Sequence record: OP953026.1
Length of the DNA stretch: 64,000 nucleotides
Direction: 5' to 3' (one strand)
The translations under genes and the position numbers were made by a program. This document shows positions 1-6,472 of this stretch, piece by piece (within the stretch, counting starts at the first letter, position 1; the number at the start of each line of letters is the position of its first letter). Below the pieces are notes generated by a model. That model saw only the letters and a program-made list of their open reading frames with translations, made no database searches and was not told where the DNA came from.

Positions 1-19
1 TGATGATGAGGCCATCTGC

Positions 20-367
20 ATGGGTGAACCCAATTACGATCAATTACGTTTGATCGGTGCAAGGGGTATGTTCGAACAGATCTCTGAAAACATCCTGTCT
101 CGCAATGAACAAATCATGGATGGTGTTCGTGATTTCTTCAAAGATGGTCTCCAGTTGAAAACCAATGTAGATGACATGTTGGTGAGACTGAATTATCAAA
201 CTGTGCATAACGGGACTGATATGGATGAGGTGATCATGGTAAACTTGTTCAAAAAAATTGATGGTGATTATGTGGTTGCTCATAAGTGCACATATGACCC
301 TCAAGATTGGAAACATGCGTTATATTACTTCACCAATGCCTCCATGATCAGTCAAAAACAAAAATAA
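20..367 (+). CDS. hypothetical protein, probably 5'-truncated by the window edge
   Basis: Frame is open from position 2 to TAA at 365-367; 115 aa from the ATG at 20. Confidence 0.75.
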   Translation: MGEPNYDQLRLIGARGMFEQISENILSRNEQIMDGVRDFFKDGLQLKTNVDDMLVRLNYQTVHNGTDMDEVIMVNLFKKIDGDYVVAHKCTYDPQDWKHALYYFTNASMISQKQK

Positions 368-408
368 ATATCATGCATATCCCTTCAGGTAATTTTAGAG
401 AGGTTATT

Positions 409-684
409 ATGAGCAATAAAGATGTATCAATGATCCCAGTTTATGAAAATCACTTTGTCACTACTGGTGCTACTCCACGACATGAAGCAATTGTGGTATG
501 TCGTGAATATGGTATTAATCCATTAGATGATGCACCATTTCGGGGTTCATGGGTGATGCGCTACCGAGAGACTGGCAAATTCATTGATTGTTCCAGGGAT
601 ATTGATGATTTAGCTAAGAAATATAATCTGACCATTCATAAACCAACCATTGAATTATACACCAGCACGTATATTGGTCAATAG
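409..684 (+). CDS. hypothetical protein (MSNKDVSMIPVYENHF...)
   Basis: GAGAGG SD at 398-403 before the ATG at 409 (ORF track starts at 307); a hairpin follows. Confidence 0.75.
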   Translation: MSNKDVSMIPVYENHFVTTGATPRHEAIVVCREYGINPLDDAPFRGSWVMRYRETGKFIDCSRDIDDLAKKYNLTIHKPTIELYTSTYIGQ

Positions 685-689
685 AAAAA

Positions 690-714
690 AAACCACCCTA
701 TATAAGGGTGGTTT
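690..714. terminator. stem-loop AAACCACCCT-ATATA-AGGGTGGTTT
   Basis: Perfect 10-bp inverted repeat just after a stop codon. Confidence 0.65.
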
Positions 715-730
715 ATAAAAGAGGTGAAAT

Positions 731-994
731 ATGCATAAACTTAATCCTGGTTGTTATCCATTAACTATAAATCCTAATGGTAAGTTTCTGAATAAAGACG
801 ATTTACGGAATCTTCCCAATGGGATTTATGTAACTTCTCCGTTACATGGTCCTAGGGTATATAGCCATGATCGACGCGTTATGGTTGATGGTGATTATTG
901 TTATCTAATCACTGCACCGAACATAAAATTCAAGGTAAGTGATTTCTTTAAATATAATGTAGTTTATTATCCGAGCATTTACCTCAAGAGGTAA
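731..994 (+). CDS. hypothetical protein, paralogue of 1350..1577
   Basis: GAGGTG SD; shares NLPxGxYxTxPxHGP...DR motif with 1350..1577. Confidence 0.8.
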   Translation: MHKLNPGCYPLTINPNGKFLNKDDLRNLPNGIYVTSPLHGPRVYSHDRRVMVDGDYCYLITAPNIKFKVSDFFKYNVVYYPSIYLKR

Positions 995-1001
995 TAAATA
1001 A

Positions 1002-1286
1002 ATGGCAAACGAATGCACTCCCGGTGTCTGGGATACACTAGTTGACTCGACAAAAGAAACTGAAAACCTACGTATCCGTTCCCAACTCATGCGGGCTCTC
1101 ACCCGTACTATAAAGGGCTGGGATCTTCCGCAAAAAGACGCTGCTGCTCGCCTACATGTTACGCAACCGAGATTGAATGATCTTCTCAAAGGCAAGATTG
1201 ACAAGTTCTCTCTGGACGCCCTGGTAAACCTACTGGACGCGGCTGATCTGACTCTTGAGATATCAGTGATCCCACGTGCAGTATAA
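1002..1286 (+). CDS. XRE-family HTH protein (HigA/HTH_37 antitoxin-like)
   Basis: VWDTL..ENLRIRSQLM..LPQKDAAARLHVTQPRLNDLLKGKIDKFSLDALVNL matches the typical proteobacterial XRE antitoxin pattern; GAGG SD. Confidence 0.85.
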   Translation: MANECTPGVWDTLVDSTKETENLRIRSQLMRALTRTIKGWDLPQKDAAARLHVTQPRLNDLLKGKIDKFSLDALVNLLDAADLTLEISVIPRAV

Positions 1287-1349
1287 ACCATGGGGACGCA
1301 GCTTGATACGGCCACCGGGTGGTTTCATGACAGCAAGGAAATAAAGAAA

Positions 1350-1577
1350 ATGACAACTGATAAAAAGTTTAGTATTAAAGAACTCGGATGGGAAAAAGCC
1401 ACTAATCTACCCGATGGTGAATACTACACTATTCCTAAACATGGACCACAAAACTGGCGGTATGATCGCAAGATTATCAAAACCAAGAACAGTGTAAAAC
1501 TGGTAAATGAACCAGATTATAGCTGGTCAGCCCCATTCTTTTTCGAGGCAAATAACTTGTTAATCGAAGAACCATGA
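1350..1577 (+). CDS. hypothetical protein, paralogue of 731..994
   Basis: AAGGAA SD before the ATG at 1350 (track starts at 1290); shared HGP..DR motif. Confidence 0.75.
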   Translation: MTTDKKFSIKELGWEKATNLPDGEYYTIPKHGPQNWRYDRKIIKTKNSVKLVNEPDYSWSAPFFFEANNLLIEEP

Positions 1578-1735
1578 CTATGAAACGATCACCAGGTTAT
1601 TTTAAAAGAGTAGTAAAAGAACTAACTGAGCGAGAGAACATTATACATCAGAAAGTTCTTAAATACATCAATGATAATCCGAATATTTCTTATAAAGAAG
1701 CACGTCAGATAGTAACTAAGGAGATTATAAAGTGA
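1574..1735 (+). CDS. small basic hypothetical protein, 53 aa (not in ORF track)
   Basis: MTMKRSPGYFKRVVKELTERE...KEIIK; ATGA overlap with the upstream stop and GTGA overlap with the downstream start. Confidence 0.7.
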   Translation: MTMKRSPGYFKRVVKELTERENIIHQKVLKYINDNPNISYKEARQIVTKEIIK

Positions 1736-1944
1736 CTATTTCAATTCCTGCATCAGTTCGTGGTGAGTTTGGAATTTATTACAAAAATAATAAGAATCTT
1801 CGACTGGGTCAGGCATGGCATAATTACATGCGTCTTGAAAATATCCAAAATGAAATGGATAAAGAATGGGCTGATAAACTCTGGAATGCTTCTGATAAAG
1901 AAGCAGCTGATATGGTTGATGAAGCCACTAATTGGACTATGTAA
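1732..1944 (+). CDS. hypothetical protein
   Basis: GTG start with AAGGAG SD, coupled to the previous stop. Confidence 0.75.
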   Translation: MTISIPASVRGEFGIYYKNNKNLRLGQAWHNYMRLENIQNEMDKEWADKLWNASDKEAADMVDEATNWTM

Positions 1945-1983
1945 CTAAACAATATTTACTATAGTAAATAAGGAGAAATACAA

Positions 1984-2127
1984 ATGACTAATGAAGAAAT
2001 TATCGTAGATGAAAGTAAATGGGCCGATGACAGCGAGATGGTTGGCTGTAAACCAGTTGATCTGTTTATTGATTTTTACTGGGTAGAGCCCACTCATCAT
2101 ACTCAAGAAGGAAAAGAGGATAATTAA
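1984..2127 (+). CDS. small acidic hypothetical protein, 47 aa (not in ORF track)
   Basis: AAGGAG SD; MTNEEIIVDESKWADDSEMVGCKPVDLFIDFYWVEPTHHTQEGKEDN; stop 1 nt before the next ATG. Confidence 0.7.
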   Translation: MTNEEIIVDESKWADDSEMVGCKPVDLFIDFYWVEPTHHTQEGKEDN

Positions 2128-2128
2128 C

Positions 2129-2404
2129 ATGGGTGAATATACACAGAATGGTATTCGTCATTTTCGTCCGGATGATACCGAAGATACCTTTTATATCTTG
2201 GGTGATTGTTATGTAGCCAATACTATCGCCGATATTATCGAGATGGCAACTAAGAAATGGGGTGATGGTATTACTCTTGATATGATTAATATCAGTACTG
2301 AATATATTCATACAAGTTGTCTAGGGTATGATGAGTACGACCCCAGCGATTACAGTAATTATTTATGCATCTCTCGTGTTAGGGAAACATCGCTGGTTAA
2401 ATAA
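2129..2404 (+). CDS. hypothetical protein
   Basis: GAGG SD; hairpin follows the stop. Confidence 0.8.
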   Translation: MGEYTQNGIRHFRPDDTEDTFYILGDCYVANTIADIIEMATKKWGDGITLDMINISTEYIHTSCLGYDEYDPSDYSNYLCISRVRETSLVK

Positions 2405-2417
2405 ATTAACGACATAA

Positions 2418-2439
2418 GCCCTCTCCTTCGGGAGAGGGC
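2418..2439. terminator. GC-rich hairpin GCCCTCTCC-TTCG-GGAGAGGGC
   Basis: 9-bp stem with UUCG loop; CATA just upstream. Confidence 0.8.
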
Positions 2440-2473
2440 ATTTATTCAGTTAAACTTTTAAGAATAAAAGAAT

Positions 2474-2501
2474 TAGCCCTACTGCTGTAACAGTAGGGCT
2501 A
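2474..2501. terminator. hairpin TAGCCCTACTG-CTGTAA-CAGTAGGGCTA
   Basis: 11-bp perfect stem followed by TATG. Confidence 0.55.
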
Positions 2502-2570
2502 TATGCCGTTGAGTAAAAAAATACTCAACATTTTCGCCCAAGTGGGCTTGGATTAACAAGAGGAACAATC

Positions 2571-2876
2571 ATGTTAATTCCAGTTACCGCTAACAATGTT
2601 AGCCCTGACCTGCACAGAATGCAGGAAGTAGGTTTCTTTTTCAAGAGACCCGATGGATCAACCCATAGCATGTCGGTTGCGAAAACGCAAGCCGATAATG
2701 TTATCCAATGTCGAGATCGTAGAGGTAACTTCATTGGTTATTGGGCTGGCCCTACAATAGGATACGTCAACAACGCAGGTTTAGCCGTATCCATCAACCC
2801 CTTCGACAATTTCATAGTAACATACACTGACATGGATCAGAAGAAGTTCTATGTAACCGAAAGGAGAAGCCTATGA
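2571..2876 (+). CDS. hypothetical protein
   Basis: GAGG SD; stand-alone gene bracketed by hairpins. Confidence 0.8.
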   Translation: MLIPVTANNVSPDLHRMQEVGFFFKRPDGSTHSMSVAKTQADNVIQCRDRRGNFIGYWAGPTIGYVNNAGLAVSINPFDNFIVTYTDMDQKKFYVTERRSL

Positions 2877-2884
2877 TAAACAAC

Positions 2885-2904
2885 CCCTCTCCTAAAGGAG
2901 AGGG
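2885..2904 (+). terminator. hairpin CCCTCTCC-TAAA-GGAGAGGG
   Basis: 8-bp stem 8 nt after the stop; T-run downstream. Confidence 0.7.
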
Positions 2905-2929
2905 ACTTATCTGAATTCTTTTTTTTGTT

Positions 2930-3400
2930 TAAGTGAGAGCCGCCCGCTAAAGCGGCTCCCAAGTGGAGTTAAGTCTCCCGCTAAAGAGAAACTCCAGAAT
3001 ACATGGGGTAGCGACTCCTCATGTAGATATCCTAATTAATCTCTTTAGCTAGTAATCAATACCAGTTATCACTCGTTGATAATTGATTTGTTTATTAGCT
3101 AATTTGACTTAATCAGAATGATCAATACATATTGTTAATAATCTAGTATATTATTACCAGTATTACTCAATGATACTGGTAATTAAATATTACTCATGAA
3201 TATTACCTAATGTGGAACTGAGGAATCGGATCGCCCCGTAGGGGCTTTTATTTCATAATAAACTATACCGAAGGTATATCCTTATTCTAATAATAAATAA
3301 TATTAGCATTATTCTAATAGCGTTAGCTAAAACATACTGTCTCCCTAAAAGGAGACACAGTATAGATTATATTTTTTTAATTAAAAATAATAAGTCTAGA
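2930..3400. other. ORF-free structured intergenic region with repeated hairpins (candidate origin or ncRNA)
   Basis: At least 8 inverted repeats. Two have the identical loop CCGCTAAA and three have an A-CTC-N-TG core. Confidence 0.5.
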
Positions 3401-3492
3401 GATAGACTTTCTTTATGCCTTTAATACCTTCTAATTTGCTCTATAATCGATTTTATTCATTATTCACTAGCATATTAGCCATACGACATAAA

Positions 3493-3510
3493 AGCCCTCC
3501 TAAGAGGGCT
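3493..3510 (-). terminator. hairpin ending the minus-strand gp118-gp116 block
   Basis: AGCCCTC-CTAA-GAGGGCT; A-run on the plus strand is a U-tract on the minus strand. Confidence 0.7.
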
Positions 3511-3518
3511 AAAATGCT

Positions 3519-3755
3519 TTATTTTTCATTAGTTGGATATAGGAGTACAATAGACTCTGCGCATACTTTAATAACTTGGATATTTTCACTGTCATTATTT
3601 TTTGATTGTTTATTTTTAACGCAGTATTCAAATTGTTGGGATTTGAGTTTATATACGTTATTGTTCTCTTCTCCCAGTATTCCTCCAAATACCAATCCTA
3701 GGATAAATATTAATAAACCACCAATAAAGATAATATAAACATTACCATAGTACAT
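3519..3755 (-). CDS. small membrane-anchored protein (phiKZ gp116-like position)
   Basis: N-terminal hydrophobic helix VYIIFIGGLLIFILGLVFGGILG. Confidence 0.75.
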   Translation of the reverse strand: MYYGNVYIIFIGGLLIFILGLVFGGILGEENNNVYKLKSQQFEYCVKNKQSKNNDSENIQVIKVCAESIVLLYPTNEK

Positions 3756-3756
3756 A

Positions 3757-4125
3757 TTACATTAACTCCTTTACATCATCTGGAATAGATTCACACCGAT
3801 CTAAATCCCAGTAGATGTGTGTATAGTGATCTTGGTTTACGATACTGATAAAATCCCCATTAGGATCGGGTAATGGTTTACGGATAATATCAACGTAAAT
3901 AGTGTAATATAAATAAAGATCACTGATGAGTTCATCAATGTTTAAATTATTACCCTCTGCATATTTCCCATATTTAAAATAATGGGCTTCTTCTGCTACA
4001 GCATAACGGATTTTATCGTAATTTTGTGATGCGGCATATACACGTGCAAATAGAGGGCGATTAAACTTTCTACATTCACTAATATTTTTTCTTAAAGTAT
4101 TTACTAAATTATCAATTGCACTCAT
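3757..4125 (-). CDS. hypothetical protein (gp117-like position)
   Basis: 122-aa ORF tightly packed with neighbours. Confidence 0.8.
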   Translation of the reverse strand: MSAIDNLVNTLRKNISECRKFNRPLFARVYAASQNYDKIRYAVAEEAHYFKYGKYAEGNNLNIDELISDLYLYYTIYVDIIRKPLPDPNGDFISIVNQDHYTHIYWDLDRCESIPDDVKELM

Positions 4126-4150
4126 TTAGATTACCTATTAAAATTATAGT

Positions 4151-4170
4151 GCTCTCCCCGAAGGGAGAGC
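4151..4170 (-). terminator. hairpin after helicase gene
   Basis: GCTCTCCC-CGAA-GGGAGAGC (UUCG loop on the minus strand), 9 nt after TAA. Confidence 0.75.
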
Positions 4171-4179
4171 TTTATGTTG

Positions 4180-5727
4180 TTAATATCCCCAGTCATCTCC
4201 ACCAGTGGCTTGCATATTGCTAAGACTTGGTACAAAGTCCATGTAATTGTTTTCTTCTTTATCGATATCCCATCTAATACCACCAATACGGTCTGGATCA
4301 AACGGCATAACAAAATAGTGATGCTTACTATCACTTACAACGTTACGGTGTTTACCACGTTGTACGGTTAGATAATACTTACCACTTACTTTAACAATGT
4401 GGAAGAAGAATTCCAGATCAGGTTCTTGTCCAAGTCGGCGACAACCGTCATAGTAACCTTTGTTAGCAACTTGTTTAACAAAGTCTTCTGGTGGGATATT
4501 ATCCCTGATTAGTTCTAATGCCTGAGAACTTAACTGATGCGGACTAAAGAATGTGATACCACGTGGTGCAGTATAGTTACGCATTCGCCTAAATAGGAGA
4601 CGAACGTCATCACCTGCTACACTGGTCACTAATCCAGTTTTAGGCAACATGTTTAGATAATCTACGCAGAGATATTGTAGTTCATAACCACGTGCTTGAT
4701 ATGTATCTAGGTAGTTAACTAAACCAGCAATCGTAAATTCAGTTGGGTCAAAACGATACATTACTGGTTCAAAACCATTTTCACGGAGACGAGCTGATAC
4801 ATATTCAGCTGCTTCAGCTTTACTAATAGAACTACGATCTACCTTGATACCTGTTTCATTTTCGTAAATATACTCATAAATGAAAATAAGGTTATCCGGA
4901 ATCTCATTCTCAAGAGTAATAAACATTACTAATGGTTTCTTATTGATATCACGCATGTATGGTTTATTAAATAGACACACATGGCAAAATAGACTCATAG
5001 AAACGCCAGATTTATATTGATGTTGTAGGCCACCACCGATAATAAATTCACCACGTTTTAATGCACCCAGATCACCAAGCATCCTGTTAAAACCTTTCCA
5101 TCCAGTACGGAAAGCACCATTTGGGGAAAGAATAGTTTTAGCTTCCTCAAAGAAGCCTTCAATAGAATCTAAATTACCAAAATCAAGTGCACCCATTTCA
5201 GCTGGGTGTTTCTCTTCAGCACGCGCGCGAATATATGGGTCAGCTCTGGTTGCCATTTCATTAATGATTGCCGGAATATCAGCAGAGCCTCTATTGAAAA
5301 GAATTTTTGATGAACATTCTTTTACAATAGCTTTTACCTTCTCATCAGCTAAGTAGCTATTTAGATCACGACGATATGAAGTTACACGCATGGCTAATGC
5401 CATGCCATTTGGAAATTCTTCTTCTACTGCATTTTTAACAGCATCGTATAGATAACTTTCTTCACGACAACATACTTGTAGTGATTGTAATACCTGTTGG
5501 GTAGCTGGGAAATATGCTTTCTGTTTCTTATTTAGATCCACTAGTAGATTACGAAGATCTAAAAATGTTTGTCGACCATGATCTACATCTAATGTACCAC
5601 CCTTATCATTTAGAGTATCAAGAATCTCAGTAACCAATTCATTGGATGGTTCCACTGGAGAATCTTCTCGATTTTCTAAACATAATAGAGTGATACATGA
5701 AACGAGTAATTGTTTTGGACTTGACAT
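4180..5727 (-). CDS. dnaB: DnaB-like replicative helicase (phiKZ gp118)
   Basis: SF4 motifs: TGWKGFNRMLG..LKRGEFIIGG..YKS, FITLEN, LCVDYLNML, FFSPHQLS, VQRGKHR. Confidence 0.9.
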   Translation of the reverse strand: MSSPKQLLVSCITLLCLENREDSPVEPSNELVTEILDTLNDKGGTLDVDHGRQTFLDLRNLLVDLNKKQKAYFPATQQVLQSLQVCCREESYLYDAVKNAVEEEFPNGMALAMRVTSYRRDLNSYLADEKVKAIVKECSSKILFNRGSADIPAIINEMATRADPYIRARAEEKHPAEMGALDFGNLDSIEGFFEEAKTILSPNGAFRTGWKGFNRMLGDLGALKRGEFIIGGGLQHQYKSGVSMSLFCHVCLFNKPYMRDINKKPLVMFITLENEIPDNLIFIYEYIYENETGIKVDRSSISKAEAAEYVSARLRENGFEPVMYRFDPTEFTIAGLVNYLDTYQARGYELQYLCVDYLNMLPKTGLVTSVAGDDVRLLFRRMRNYTAPRGITFFSPHQLSSQALELIRDNIPPEDFVKQVANKGYYDGCRRLGQEPDLEFFFHIVKVSGKYYLTVQRGKHRNVVSDSKHHYFVMPFDPDRIGGIRWDIDKEENNYMDFVPSLSNMQATGGDDWGY

Positions 5728-5816
5728 TTTTATAGATTTCCAATTGTGAAATTAAGAGATGTACAGTGTATCATTTAGATAGCTAGTAATTTTAGTGAAT
5801 GTATTTGCTATATTGC

Positions 5817-5820
5817 TATG
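5817..5820 (+). promoter_or_regulatory. late (nvRNAP) promoter TATG upstream of gp119 (P119L-like)
   Basis: TATG core in TATTGCTATGTAGACAG, 46 nt before the start; matches the phiKZ late consensus and my recall of P119L. Confidence 0.6.
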
Positions 5821-5866
5821 TAGACAGTTCCCAAAAGCCTAAAGTTACAATATAGGTACTTTCACA

Positions 5867-6400
5867 ATGACCCAAGTTCTGGTTATGCCAAAAGCTGTTT
5901 TTGAATCATATAAAACAGCAGGTGTACAATTTAACAAATTGTTAGACACCAACTATATAGTTTCCGAAACCTCCGTAAATGATCTTGCGGAGATACATCA
6001 GGCTTTAACTGCTTTCCCCTTTCTATTACCAGAAAAACTAGATATTAAGTTAGCAGTAAGCCCGATAATCAAAGTTGCTGAGTTAGGTGAAATAGACGGT
6101 CCTGAACAATTTAAGATGAAGGATTTACACAATCGTTTAGAGAGCCGTCTAGCGACTAATGAACTTAGGGATGCAGGTAACCGTAATTTAGTGTACGATT
6201 ATTACCTATATCCTGTAGATGAGAATCTGTGGGTTGCGGTGCAGCAGAGTGCGCACATTGCAAGTAGCGATCCTAGACGTGTCTCAATTCAACTTAACCA
6301 TACTTTCTTTGATAGTATGATAAATGAAATGTTGAACACCCGCCCACGTGAATCCGTGGCGTCAACACAAATTTTTACCTATTATTTGGAGAGCTGCTAG
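5867..6400 (+). CDS. virion head protein (phiKZ gp119)
   Basis: 177 aa directly upstream of the capsid gene; synteny. Confidence 0.8.
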   Translation: MTQVLVMPKAVFESYKTAGVQFNKLLDTNYIVSETSVNDLAEIHQALTAFPFLLPEKLDIKLAVSPIIKVAELGEIDGPEQFKMKDLHNRLESRLATNELRDAGNRNLVYDYYLYPVDENLWVAVQQSAHIASSDPRRVSIQLNHTFFDSMINEMLNTRPRESVASTQIFTYYLESC

Positions 6401-6472
6401 GTTGATTCCGGAAAAGATGCTTAGTAGACCCAAATTTTTAAACCAAAAACTCATCCTACGTAGGAATAAAAA

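Noticed and set aside
731-994. Cognate toxin for the XRE antitoxin
   Set aside because: It has no RelE/HigB features and is instead a paralogue of 1350..1577.
2930-3400. CRISPR array or tRNA cluster
   Set aside because: There are no equal-length direct repeats with unique spacers, and no cloverleaf, T-loop or CCA pattern.
3415-3738. Plus-strand 107-aa ORF
   Set aside because: It is antisense to the 3519..3755 gene, crosses a terminator and has no SD.
3904-3911. TATATTAC on the minus strand here and near 42048 and 56286
   Set aside because: These lie inside coding regions and lack the upstream A-tract/TTAAGAT context of the three real early promoters.
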